Below are positions 28,401 to 37,248 of a stretch of DNA of 64,000 nt, in pieces; the stretch's first letter is position 1; every line of letters begins with the position of its first letter. The notes beneath the pieces are model-generated. The model searched no databases and was not told the origin of the DNA. It was given only the letters and a program-made list of their open reading frames with translations. Source of the stretch: Spirochaetota bacterium (GTDB taxonomy: Bacteria; Spirochaetota; UBA12135; COTS27; JAFLEE01); contig JAFLEE010000006.1 of the NCBI GenBank assembly GCA_017302015.1, positions 1 through 64,000 of the forward strand, read 5' to 3'. The translations under genes and the position numbers were made by a program.

Positions 28401-29550
28401 ATTTCTTGGGGGTCAGCTTGGCCTGGGACCGCTGGTTGAGCCCCATCTTCTCCGTGTCGGTCTTGGCGCCGGTCTCGAATTGGAGCGTGCCGTCTTCCAG
28501 CACGTCGATGACGCCGTAGACGGCGGGCCAATTGTCGACGAGGGCGGCGAGGCGCCGCCGCTTGTCGGCCCCCGGTGCGGTGAAGTCGTCGATCTTCGCC
28601 CGGCAGGAGAAGGTGAAGGAGGAGAGGCCGATCTGGTTCTCCCGGGGAAGGGCGAGGGCCACGGTCTCCTTGGAATCGCCCTTCATGCCGACCCCGTAGC
28701 CCGACCAACCGGCGGCCCATTGGGCGTTCACGATGGCGGCGGCGCCCCGGGCGTCGCGGGCGGCTTTGCCGCTGCCCTCCTCGAAGGAGAGGCTGATGTC
28801 CGGGCCGCCCGCGCCCGGGGCGCCTTCGGCGGCTTGGCCGGCCGCCTTCATCTCTGCGGAAATCTCCTGGGCGCCGAGGGCGGCGCGCCACAGCTTGAAC
28901 TCGTCGAGGGCGCCCTTGAAGTTCTGCCAGGAACTCCCGAGGGTCATGGGCTTGTCGAGGACGAGGTCGGGATCCCAGCCGTTCTCGATGGGGGCGGAGG
29001 CATCGGCCTGGCCATCGAGGTAGAGGGTGGCCTTGCGGGCGCTGCGGTCGACCACGAGCGCCACGTGGGTCCAGCGGTTCTCGGCGAGGGGGGTCTTTCC
29101 CTTGACGTTGAGGGTGCGCATGGTCTCGCCGTCTTTATAGCCGCTTTGGAACTCGAGGAGGCCGGTGGTGCGCACATCCAGCACGGTCCATTGCTTGGGA
29201 TAGGCCTCCAAGCCGAAGAGCCGGCGGCGATTATCCTTGGCTTCGATGGCGAGGGAAGTGGGGTTCGCCCAGAACGCCAGCGTGAAGGAGGCCTTGCCGA
29301 ATTGCTTGTCGCCCATCGCCTTGAGCGAGACGAACTTGGCCGCGGTGCCGTCGAGCCAGACGGCGCCCCCGGATTTTCCGTTGGTGAAGGCGCCGGCGTA
29401 CTCCACGGGCACCGCGCCGGCGGAATCCTTCAGTGCGGCGGCGCTCCCCTCGTCGAAGCTGAGCCGGATGATCGGGGCAGGCGCGGCGGCGGGGGTGACG
29501 GCCCCGAGCAGAAGGGCCAAGGCCATGAACCGGAAACGTGGTAGGCGCAT
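25453..29550 (-). CDS. Giant secreted protein with 3 LamG/ConA-like domains, a right-handed parallel beta-helix and C-terminal beta domains
   Basis: 1365 aa from ATG 29550 (MRLPRFRFMALALLLGAVTPAAA). It has three repeated blocks ending ...LDEFKLWRAALGAQEIS / VDEVRLWKRALSADEIA, which are LamG-type. The region YYVAPDGDDRFTGTLPAP...NGTYRISGPILLT is typical of pectate-lyase-fold beta-helix proteins. Confidence 0.55.
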   Translation of the reverse strand: MRLPRFRFMALALLLGAVTPAAAPAPIIRLSFDEGSAAALKDSAGAVPVEYAGAFTNGKSGGAVWLDGTAAKFVSLKAMGDKQFGKASFTLAFWANPTSLAIEAKDNRRRLFGLEAYPKQWTVLDVRTTGLLEFQSGYKDGETMRTLNVKGKTPLAENRWTHVALVVDRSARKATLYLDGQADASAPIENGWDPDLVLDKPMTLGSSWQNFKGALDEFKLWRAALGAQEISAEMKAAGQAAEGAPGAGGPDISLSFEEGSGKAARDARGAAAIVNAQWAAGWSGYGVGMKGDSKETVALALPRENQIGLSSFTFSCRAKIDDFTAPGADKRRRLAALVDNWPAVYGVIDVLEDGTLQFETGAKTDTEKMGLNQRSQAKLTPKKWAHIAMVFDRGAGKLRWYVDGAPEGEGNLGTAAGIQYLSDKPLTIGSSWQNIIGSVDEVRLWKRALSADEIASESRAVAKPPKEPKVPSGPTGYTPRTRTQNLKAAATYYVAPDGDDRFTGTLPAPNAQKSDGPFASVNGALEMIRGLRAKGQGKDGAQIVVKNGTYRISGPILLTPDISGTPGKPLRIVAETPGAATLSGGRPITGWTKVGELWQTTIPAVKSGEWYFKALWVGGERAQRSRHPNTGFFRPESNPKDAPNTALIYKPGDVNPQWANFQDIDAWVYHSWTASVHGLALAIPGERRLVFQNPSGYPFGKWGDARYYFENVREALDAPGEWYLDRTSGVLSYLPKPGEDPNKLEVIAPFATSLIDVQGDPKAGAYVEHLEVSGLRFLHTDRDFDPTEKIDGQAFVGVRKAMFWATGLKNASFTDCEFSHGNLHAIWIEKGCFDVALRQCHIYDHGGGGVYIGDTGYSPDPGQRTERITVDNSFIHKVNLILHGAHGVWIGKSSFNKITHNEISDLDYSPIGAGWTWGFNTPSGVQGNLFEHNHLHHFGLGELSDMAGIYTLGISPGTVERYNHVHDVWAYSYGGWGLYTDEGSSDVLLEKNLVYNTKSGGFHQHYGSNNLIRNNIFAFAAEGNVISKRGDDKNKSFIFERNIVLTTNSFAVNKGFKNPEFRFDKNLYWDLKDASTSNYSFSGITFPEWQAEEGFDKNGRVADPLFENAAKYDFRLKAGSPAAKLGFEPFLDEIAKAGLYGAAEWTRLPARYTPRGVNPDTKPPEAPKATSRRSLFAEDFDAIAPGVPPSFGGYDAGILTDGTHAKGTYSLKFQDDVNLGPEWKPHLNFANKFLKGRLKASFDLWMEDEAVFWHEWRETAGNPYRIGPSFKILADGSLEVDKRKLASFPKKKWLHVEMSAMQDGKPAGTWDLAITPEGGAREEWSGLRNGSSDWAACEMIIWSAMAQARTALWLDNLKYEVEKTK

Positions 29551-29777
29551 GCGGGTCTCCTGATGGTCGGCCCCTCGGGCGGGACTCCCAGCGAAATCTG
29601 CCTCTATTATATGAAGAGACTTGGCCGAACAGAATACGCGCAAAAGGAATGGGCATTCGCGAAACCTGCCCCCCGGGGTTAGAATACCCGGTAGAAGCCG
29701 GAATGCAAGCCGATCGCCCACGCGAAAGCGCCCATATCGACCCGTCGAGCGACCATCGGGTTTTTCCCGAATCCTCC

Positions 29778-30581
29778 ATGGCCCTCCTCGGGCTCGCCGA
29801 CCTGGGGATCTTCGCGCTCGGTCATGCCGTGCTGCGCAAGCGTTTCGAGATCTACCGGGAGCGGGCTTCCTACCATGTCGGCTTCTACACCCTCGCCGGG
29901 GAAGGATGGATCGAGGGCGGGGGGAAGCGGGAGCGCCTGCTGCCCGGGAACGTCACCCTCACCGCCACCGGCGCGGGGCATCGCTACGGCAGTTCACGAA
30001 CTTGGGAAAAGATCTGGTTCCATCTGCGACCCGGGGAGCGCTGGCAGGCGCCCGTGGCGGGCGAAGGCTGGATCCACCGGAAGGCCCATGCCTTGGAGGG
30101 GGTCCGCCGATTGGTGGAGGGGCTCTTCTGGGAGGAGAACTTCGGCCTCGAGAGCCGGCCCGCGGCGCTGCGCGCCTACGGGGAACTCCTGAGGCTCTAT
30201 CTGCTGCGCGAATGGGGACGCCAGGGCGAGGGGCGCCGCCACGAAACCCAATTGGCCCTCTCCGAACTCTTCGGCCGCGTCGAACGGGAGCCGGGCCGGC
30301 GTTGGACGATGAACGATCTGGTGCCCCTCTTCCCGCGGCCCGTCTCGGCCAACCACCTCTACAAACTCTGCGTCAAGCACCACGGGATGCCCCCGCTTCG
30401 GCGCATCACCCAATTGAAGATGCGCCGGGCGGAGGAACTCCTGCGCCAGACCCGCTATCCCATCGACCGCATCGCGGCCCTCATGGGCTACGCCAGCCCC
30501 TTCGCCTTCTCCGCGGCCTTCAAGCGCGAGACGGGGAGTTCCCCCTCGCTGGCCCGGGAGCGGGCCGAACGGCGGGCATGA
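29778..30581 (+). CDS. AraC family transcriptional regulator (cupin N-domain + HTH)
   Basis: C-terminal AraC HTH (…LYKLCVKHHGMPPLRRITQLKMRRAEELLRQTRYPIDRIAALMGYASPFAFSAAFKRETGSSPS…). Divergent from the giant LamG gene. An alternative start at 29703 is possible. Confidence 0.75.
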   Translation: MALLGLADLGIFALGHAVLRKRFEIYRERASYHVGFYTLAGEGWIEGGGKRERLLPGNVTLTATGAGHRYGSSRTWEKIWFHLRPGERWQAPVAGEGWIHRKAHALEGVRRLVEGLFWEENFGLESRPAALRAYGELLRLYLLREWGRQGEGRRHETQLALSELFGRVEREPGRRWTMNDLVPLFPRPVSANHLYKLCVKHHGMPPLRRITQLKMRRAEELLRQTRYPIDRIAALMGYASPFAFSAAFKRETGSSPSLARERAERRA

Positions 30582-30686
30582 ACTCCACAGAATTGGCACA
30601 TCGGCGATGGCCCTTGCGGAATCGGGCCGGGGAAAGCAAACTGGGCGGCCCCGCCGCGCCCCCCCAGGCGGGAAGGACGTCCCGGC

Positions 30687-31898
30687 ATGCGCGCAATCGT
30701 TCTCTGGCTTTTCCCATGGGTTCTCTTCGCGGGTCTCATGCCGGCCTCGCCCCTCTCCCCCGGCGAACTCTCCGAGGTGCTCTCCTACCAGAGGACCGAG
30801 CACGTGGTCTACGGCAATCCGGCCTTCCGCCAGTCGTATCTCCAGACGGCCCCGGGGGACCGCATGGGCCCCAGCATCATGCAGCGCTCGGGCCGCCGGC
30901 GCCTCTACGACCATAACCTGGTGCTCCGGGCCGTCTTCAAGGGCTCCCTCAGCCACCACCGCGACGGGAACCTGAAGCGGGTGTTCGAGGATCCCGTGTT
31001 CGTGGACATCGGCAGCGCGATCCTCAACGGCGAGGGCGCGCCCACCTGCCGCGATCTCTACGAAGACGAGGGGGTCTTCCCCTTCCTCCACCGCCTGGTG
31101 GCCACCGACATCAACGACCCGGCCAGCCGCTACGTCGACACCTATTTCCGGACCCGCAATAACCTGCCCTTCTACGTGCGGGCCGTCCCCCTGGAACTCG
31201 ACACCGCGGAGAAACTGGACGGGATCGTGCGGGACCGCATCCATCCCCTGATCCTGCGCTCGGCCAATTCCGGGCCCGACCTGTACTATTCGCCCGAACT
31301 CCTGCGCCAGCATTTCCAGGTCGTCGTCGATTACGCGGGTCGGCGCCCCGCGCTCTATTTCTTTGGCATGTACCTCCTTTATAAGCCCGCCGCCGAGCGC
31401 GCGATGGAGGTCCTGGGCACCGTGGATTACGACATCGGCTTCAACCACCGGTGGGCCGCGTGGACGGCGGTGAACTGGGGCGCCCGAACAGCCCGCGCGG
31501 CCCTCTCCATCCGCGACGGGCGGCTCTCCTGGGTCGACGCCGAACGGTCGCGGGAGGAGACGGGACTCGCCATCGCGGCGAACGCCGCGCCGGCGCCTTG
31601 CCCGAAGGAAGCCGAGCGGATCGAGGCGGCGCGAAACCGCGCCCTCGCCTACAAGAGGGCCTCCGATTGGCAGAAGAAGGCCGACGCCAACCTCGAGGCT
31701 TGGGAGATGGAGGCCGACCGGCTCCTCGCCGAGGGCCTCACCGACGTGGCCGGCGCCTACGCGGGCCTCTACGGCAAGGCGCCCGCGGACCTCGGTGCCC
31801 TCGCCAAGTTCGCGCTCCTCTTCATGAGGTACGATTACCGGCGGCTGGACCGGCTGCGGTGGAATCCAGCGGGCGCGCGGGTGGAGGTGGGGCCGTGA
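30687..31898 (+). CDS. Hypothetical secreted/membrane-anchored protein
   Basis: 403 aa with an N-terminal hydrophobic segment MRAIVLWLFPWVLFAGLM. No recognisable domain. Confidence 0.4.
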   Translation: MRAIVLWLFPWVLFAGLMPASPLSPGELSEVLSYQRTEHVVYGNPAFRQSYLQTAPGDRMGPSIMQRSGRRRLYDHNLVLRAVFKGSLSHHRDGNLKRVFEDPVFVDIGSAILNGEGAPTCRDLYEDEGVFPFLHRLVATDINDPASRYVDTYFRTRNNLPFYVRAVPLELDTAEKLDGIVRDRIHPLILRSANSGPDLYYSPELLRQHFQVVVDYAGRRPALYFFGMYLLYKPAAERAMEVLGTVDYDIGFNHRWAAWTAVNWGARTARAALSIRDGRLSWVDAERSREETGLAIAANAAPAPCPKEAERIEAARNRALAYKRASDWQKKADANLEAWEMEADRLLAEGLTDVAGAYAGLYGKAPADLGALAKFALLFMRYDYRRLDRLRWNPAGARVEVGP

Positions 31899-32335
31899 AT
31901 CCGAGGACCTTCGCGGCGGCGGGCGCGGCGCTCCTCGCGCTCCTTTCGTGCGGCAAGATCGCGGAAATCCTCCCGACGCGGCTCGGGGGCGCCCCGGCGA
32001 CGAACGCGTGCGAGACCGCGAAAGCCGAGCGCGTGGTGGCGGAGGTCGAAGCGGAGAATTTGCGCGATTCCTACCGGGCCGAAAGCCGACTCCAGGGGGG
32101 CCGGAAAGAGGCCATCAACCGGCTGAGCCTCGATGCCATGAATCTCCGCGTGCAGGCCCACCGCCGCCTCCACGGCAAACCGCACCTCGGTCTGGCCCAG
32201 GTGGTCCAGATCCTCCCGTCCCCCGCCGTCGATATCTTCAGCGGGAAGAACGCGATCGCCTCCAACCGGGACGCCACGGGGGGCTGGTGGTGGAACGAGA
32301 AAACTCAGTTCCTCGAGCATAATCCCCTCGAGTAA
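31895..32335 (+). CDS. Hypothetical lipoprotein
   Basis: GTG start overlapping the upstream TGA (GTGA). Lipobox-like AALLALLSCG. 146 aa. Confidence 0.35.
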   Translation: MNPRTFAAAGAALLALLSCGKIAEILPTRLGGAPATNACETAKAERVVAEVEAENLRDSYRAESRLQGGRKEAINRLSLDAMNLRVQAHRRLHGKPHLGLAQVVQILPSPAVDIFSGKNAIASNRDATGGWWWNEKTQFLEHNPLE

Positions 32336-32390
32336 GGGGCCACCCGCGGGTCGCCCCGAGGGCCCCGAAAGAACCTATAATTCCTGGGCC

Positions 32391-34190
32391 ATGCTGCAGC
32401 GCCTCTACCAGATCCTGGGCTCGCCCATCGCGCCGATCATCGCCGCCCTGGCATGGACCCTGCTGCTGGGGGCCTCGTATTCCTGGAATGCGGGCCGGGA
32501 GCGGGGCGCCGCGGTGGCGCTGGCCCGGCAAGAAGCACTGGGGAGTTTCCAGAAGGATCTCGTCTACCGCCGCTGGGCTTCTATGCACGGGGGCCTGTAC
32601 GTGCCCGCGACCTCGAACACCCCTCCCAACCCGTACCTGGCCAGGGTGGAATCCCGCGAGATCGTGGGGCCCCAGGGGCGGGTCTACACGCTGCTGAACC
32701 CGGCCTACATGACGCGGCAGGTGCACGAATTGGCCCGGGAACAATATGACAACCGCGGGCACATCACGAGCCTGCATCCGATCCGTCCCGAGAACCGCCC
32801 CGATCCGTGGGAAAGCAACGCCCTCCTGTGTTTCGAAACGGGCGCGGCGGAACGGAGCGAGGTGGCCCTCTTGGGCGGGGCGCGCTGGCTGCGCTTCATG
32901 CGGCCCCTCGTCACGGAGGCCTCCTGCCTCCGCTGCCATGCGGACCAGGGCTACCGCGCCGGCCAGATCCGGGGCGGCATCAGCGTTTCGGTCCCCATGC
33001 GCCCCTACGAGTCGATCGCCGAGGAGAATATCCGCGCGTCCCGGGTCATCCATCTCGGGGCTTGGGCGCCGGTGCTGGCCCTGTTCTTCGCGAGTTGGTT
33101 CACCGGCACGCGGCGCCAGCGCGATCAAGAGGTCGCGGCGCGGATCTTGATGCAGAGCGAGGGGAAGTTCCGCTCGTGGATCGAGAAGGCCCCGGAGGGC
33201 ATCCTCGTCATCGGTCCGGACGGCCGCATCACCGACGGGAACCCCGCCGCGGAATCGCTCACCGGCCTGGCGGTCGACGGGCTCCGCCGCCTCTCGGGCG
33301 CCTCCCTGATCCAGGAGCCCATGGGGAAGGCCCCGCGGGAAGGGGAATCCATCCACCTCCCCGAACGGCATCTCTTGCGGAAAAACGGCGCCGCGATGCC
33401 CGTCATGGTCGACCGGGTGCGCCTGGGCGACGACCATGAACTCTGGTTCCTGCGCGACCTCACCGAGCACCGCCGCCTGGAGCAGGACCTCGTGCACCGG
33501 GAAAAACTGGCGGCGGTGGGTTCCCTGGCCGGCGGCGTCGCCCACGAGTTCAATAACCTTCTCTCCGTCATCCGCCTCCAGGCCCAGCAGCTCCTCTCGT
33601 CGGCGCCCCTCCCCGTGGAACGCCAGCAGGCGCTCCTCGCGGAAGTGATCCAGCAGACGCGCCGCGGCGCCTCGATCACCTCCGGCATGCTCGCCATCTC
33701 GCGCCCCCCCAAGGGCAAGGTCGAGCCGTGCCGCCTGGAGTCGCTCCTCGACGAGGTCCTCGATTTCCAGGCCCCGGCCTTCGCCCAGGAGCGCATCGCG
33801 GTGGAGCGCGATTACCGTTCGACGCGGCCCATCATGGCCGACCGGGACCAGCTCGTCCAGGTCTTCCTCAATCTCACCATCAACGCGCGCCACGCCATGC
33901 GGGCGCGCGGCGAGGGAACCTTGCGCGTCTCCACCCGGGATTTCCCGGGCGAGGCGGGGGCCCTCATCGCCGATACGGGCATCGGCATGACGACCGCGAC
34001 CCAGGAAAAACTCTTCACGCCCTTCTTCACCACCAAGGGGGCCTACGCCCAGGACGGCCTGGGCATCCAGGGCACCGGGCTCGGGTTGGCCGTGAGCGCG
34101 CGGGTCGTGGCCCAGTTCGGGGGCCGCATCTCCGTGGAGAGCCGGGAAGGCGTCGGCACGACGTTCACCGTGACCTTCCCCATTGCCTAG
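32391..34190 (+). CDS. Sensor histidine kinase with periplasmic CxxCH (heme c-type, DUF3365-like) sensor domain, PAS, HisKA and HATPase
   Basis: 599 aa. The periplasmic region carries TEASCLRCHADQGYR (CXXCH), followed by a TM segment and a PAS region. The H-box reads AAVGSLAGGVAHEFNNLL. HATPase G-boxes are DTGIGM and GTGLGLAV. Confidence 0.8.
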   Translation: MLQRLYQILGSPIAPIIAALAWTLLLGASYSWNAGRERGAAVALARQEALGSFQKDLVYRRWASMHGGLYVPATSNTPPNPYLARVESREIVGPQGRVYTLLNPAYMTRQVHELAREQYDNRGHITSLHPIRPENRPDPWESNALLCFETGAAERSEVALLGGARWLRFMRPLVTEASCLRCHADQGYRAGQIRGGISVSVPMRPYESIAEENIRASRVIHLGAWAPVLALFFASWFTGTRRQRDQEVAARILMQSEGKFRSWIEKAPEGILVIGPDGRITDGNPAAESLTGLAVDGLRRLSGASLIQEPMGKAPREGESIHLPERHLLRKNGAAMPVMVDRVRLGDDHELWFLRDLTEHRRLEQDLVHREKLAAVGSLAGGVAHEFNNLLSVIRLQAQQLLSSAPLPVERQQALLAEVIQQTRRGASITSGMLAISRPPKGKVEPCRLESLLDEVLDFQAPAFAQERIAVERDYRSTRPIMADRDQLVQVFLNLTINARHAMRARGEGTLRVSTRDFPGEAGALIADTGIGMTTATQEKLFTPFFTTKGAYAQDGLGIQGTGLGLAVSARVVAQFGGRISVESREGVGTTFTVTFPIA

Positions 34191-35425
34191 TTTTTCGGGG
34201 GCCCCTCGGGACCGTCATAATTCCGGAGCTGGGGCCATTTGGCGATGATCACGCCGGTGACGACCATGGTGGCGAGGCCGCCGCTGACGATGGCGAAGGG
34301 CACCCCGAAGGCGCTGGCCACGGCGCCCGCCTCGACCTCGCCGAGCTGGGGCCCGCCCTGGAAGAAGAGTTGGGAGACCCCGGTCATGCGGCCGCGCATG
34401 GAGTCGGGCGTGTTGAGTTGGCGGATGGTGTTGCGCACGATGGTGCTCACGGCGTCGGCCGCGCCCACGAAGATGAGCGCCGCGAGGGAGAGGGCGAAGT
34501 TCCGCGAGAGGCCGAAGACCACGGTGGCCGCCCCGAAGGCGAGGACGGCGGCGAGGAAGACCGGGCCCTGGCGCCGCAGGGCGCGCACCTGGGAAAGGAG
34601 CGCGGCCGCCGTCACCGACCCGATGGACTGGGCGGCGACGAGCCAGCCGTAGCCGACGGTGCCCACCTTGAGCAGATCGCGGGCCACGATGGGCATGAGC
34701 GTATTGGCCGAAGCGAAGAAGGTGGCCGAGAAATCGAGGAGCATGGTGGAGAGCATGATGGGCCGGGTGAAGATGAAGCGGAACCCGTCGGCCATGGCGG
34801 AGAGGCCGAGTTTGGCCCCGTGGCGGATCTCCTGCGGCAGGGGCCCGATGAGGGAAAGCGCGAGGAGCACCGCGAGGAACGAGAGGGCGTTGAAGAGGTA
34901 GGCCCACCCCTGGCCGAGGGTGGCGATGACCACGCCCGCCAGCACGGGCCCGAGGATCGCCCCGGTATTGGCCGCGATGGACTGCATGGTGAAGGCGTTG
35001 GCGAGGACCGAGCGGGGCACGAGGTTGGGCACCATGGCCTGGCGGGCGGGCAGGTCGAAGGCCGTGGCGACAGCCTGCAGCGCGGTAAGCAGGTAGAGAT
35101 GCCAAAGCGCGATGGTCCCCGTGAAGGTCAGGAGGGCGAGGACCCCCGCGCAGACCGCCATGGCCGATTGGGTGATGAAGACGATGCGCCGGCGGTCCGT
35201 GGCGTCGGCCAGCGGCCCGGCGATGGGCGAGCAGAGGAAGACGGGGAGGATGCGCGCCAGGCCGATGCCGCCGAGGGCCATGGGGTTGGCCGTCACGGTG
35301 AGGTCGCGGATATGCCAGTGCAGGGCGGCGAGTTGGAGTTGGGACCCCGCCATGGAGACGATCATCCCCGTCCAGAAGAGGCGGTAGGGACGTTCCCGGA
35401 GGGCCGGGGGGATGCGCAGTCGCAA
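34187..35425 (-). CDS. MFS transporter (EntS/YbdA-like)
   Basis: 412 aa, 12 predicted TM segments. Begins MRLRIPPALRERPYRLFWTGMIVSMAGSQLQ, as is typical of MFS_3. Confidence 0.75.
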   Translation of the reverse strand: MRLRIPPALRERPYRLFWTGMIVSMAGSQLQLAALHWHIRDLTVTANPMALGGIGLARILPVFLCSPIAGPLADATDRRRIVFITQSAMAVCAGVLALLTFTGTIALWHLYLLTALQAVATAFDLPARQAMVPNLVPRSVLANAFTMQSIAANTGAILGPVLAGVVIATLGQGWAYLFNALSFLAVLLALSLIGPLPQEIRHGAKLGLSAMADGFRFIFTRPIMLSTMLLDFSATFFASANTLMPIVARDLLKVGTVGYGWLVAAQSIGSVTAAALLSQVRALRRQGPVFLAAVLAFGAATVVFGLSRNFALSLAALIFVGAADAVSTIVRNTIRQLNTPDSMRGRMTGVSQLFFQGGPQLGEVEAGAVASAFGVPFAIVSGGLATMVVTGVIIAKWPQLRNYDGPEGPPKN

Positions 35426-35438
35426 CGTGGGCGTCTGG

Positions 35439-35909
35439 TTATTTCGGAGCGCCGCCGAAAGCCTTCACCAAACCGCCGTGGAGGCTATGGGGGAAGGGGG
35501 TCCCGGGGAGGAACATGAAGGGGCAGGTGCCGCTGATATAGTCGATGCCCTTCCCCGCGCAGATTCCCGGGGCCTCGAGGGCGGCGAGGTTTTTTTTGAG
35601 TGCGGAATGCACCCAGACCCGCTTCACGCCGGATTCGGCGCATTCCCGTACGGCCCCGTCGATCTTGCCAGCGGGGAGCAGCACGATGACCCCTTCCACG
35701 GCGGGGGCGACCTCTTTGATGCTGGCCTTGCAGGCCACCCCGTCGACCTCGCCCACCGCGGGGTTCACCGGCACGACGTCGTACCCCTTCTTGCGTAGCG
35801 CGCTGAAGAGCATGCGGCTATAATCGCCCCCCTTGCGTGAGACGCCGATGATCGCGAGGCGTTTGGCGGCGTAGAAGCCGTCGAGGGAGGCCTTGGAAGC
35901 GGGGGTCAT
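35439..35909 (-). CDS. CoA-binding domain protein (YccU-like)
   Basis: 156 aa from ATG 35909. Contains KRLAIIGVSRKGGDYSRMLFSALRKKGYDVVPVNP, the Rossmann-type CoA_binding_2 signature. Confidence 0.65.
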   Translation of the reverse strand: MTPASKASLDGFYAAKRLAIIGVSRKGGDYSRMLFSALRKKGYDVVPVNPAVGEVDGVACKASIKEVAPAVEGVIVLLPAGKIDGAVRECAESGVKRVWVHSALKKNLAALEAPGICAGKGIDYISGTCPFMFLPGTPFPHSLHGGLVKAFGGAPK

Positions 35910-36144
35910 GGTGGGCTCCTGTATTTCGGGGATCGCCGATGGCCCGATGCGGGCGGGGAGATTCTCGCATCGAGTTCCGGATGGATGAAGGGGGGATTTC
36001 CGCTCCAAATTGTTGGGATCGTGTTCGGGAGCCAGTTGACATGCGCCGACCCGATGGGGATTTTATACAAGCAGTAGGATCGCCCGTACGCCCGGCATCG
36101 GTGCACCTTTGTTGGACGTGGAGTGCCATCCCCGAGGAGCCGCG

Positions 36145-37065
36145 ATGAATGAAGTGACCCCCTTTACCGTATCCAGGACCTTCCAGGCCCCGAGGGCCAT
36201 CCTCTTCCAGGCCCACTCCGATACCGCGCACCTCTCCCGATGGATGGGCTCGGCCGGTGAGACGGTGCTCAAGGCCGAGATCGATTTCCGGGAGGGGGGC
36301 GAGCATCATTACGGCACGCGCCAGGCGGACGGATCCGAAGTATGGGGCAAGCAGGTGTTCCGGGAGATCCGCATCCCCGGAAAGATCGTGCTCCTGCAGT
36401 CGTTCTCCGATGCGGGCGGGGGGCTCGTTCGCCATCCCTTGGCCCCGACCTGGCCATTGGAGATGCTTTCGACCACGACTTTCCGGGATGCAGGCCCGGG
36501 AGAGACCGAACTCACGGTTAATTGGCGGCCTTGGAACGCCAGCGAGGAGGAATGCCGTACCTTCGACAAGGCGCGGGAAGGGATGAAGGGCGGCTTCGCG
36601 GGCAGCTTCGGGAAACTCGAGGCCTACCTCAAGGCCAGCGAGCGCCTCCTCCTCAACTCGCGCCTGGTGGATGCGCCGCCCGAACGGGTTTGGCGGGCCC
36701 TCACGGATCCGAACGAGGTGAACGCCTGGTGGGGTCCCGATGGATTCAAGAATACCGAAGTCACCCAGGATGTGCGCGTGGGCGGGCAGTGGCGCTTCAA
36801 GATGATCGGCCCCGATGGCGCCGTCTATCCGAACCTGAGCACCTATGTTGAATTGTCGAAACCGAAGCGCCTCGTCTATGATTGCGGCGACGGGGAGCGC
36901 GTGCATTTCCGCGGCGTCATCGCCCTCCAGGATCTGGGCGGGAAGACTTTGGTCAGTCTCTCTGTCGAAGCCCCGACGCGCGAGGCCCGCGATGCCTTCC
37001 TCGCGCACAACGCCCTCGAAGGCGGGCGGCAGACGCTGGGGAAGCTGGCCGCGTTCATGAAGTGA
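36145..37065 (+). CDS. Tandem SRPBCC (AHSA1/activator-of-Hsp90-ATPase-like) domain protein
   Basis: Two consecutive ~145-aa units, each starting ...FQAPRAILFQAHSD / ...VDAPPERVWRALTDPNEVNAWWGP, typical of AHSA1/SRPBCC. Confidence 0.65.
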   Translation: MNEVTPFTVSRTFQAPRAILFQAHSDTAHLSRWMGSAGETVLKAEIDFREGGEHHYGTRQADGSEVWGKQVFREIRIPGKIVLLQSFSDAGGGLVRHPLAPTWPLEMLSTTTFRDAGPGETELTVNWRPWNASEEECRTFDKAREGMKGGFAGSFGKLEAYLKASERLLLNSRLVDAPPERVWRALTDPNEVNAWWGPDGFKNTEVTQDVRVGGQWRFKMIGPDGAVYPNLSTYVELSKPKRLVYDCGDGERVHFRGVIALQDLGGKTLVSLSVEAPTREARDAFLAHNALEGGRQTLGKLAAFMK

Positions 37066-37248
37066 GGAACGGCCGGGGGCCATGCCCGCGGCGCGGCCCT
37101 AGGAGAGGTCCAAGCAACGACCGTCCGGTCAATCGACCTGAGGTCTGCTTGCGAGTTTCCGCCCCATGGGGGATTCCGGCCCGTCGGAATTCCGAGTCCT
37201 GAACGCCTCGGCGTGCGAAGGGGCTGCGGGGGTCGTCGTTCGACCCGC

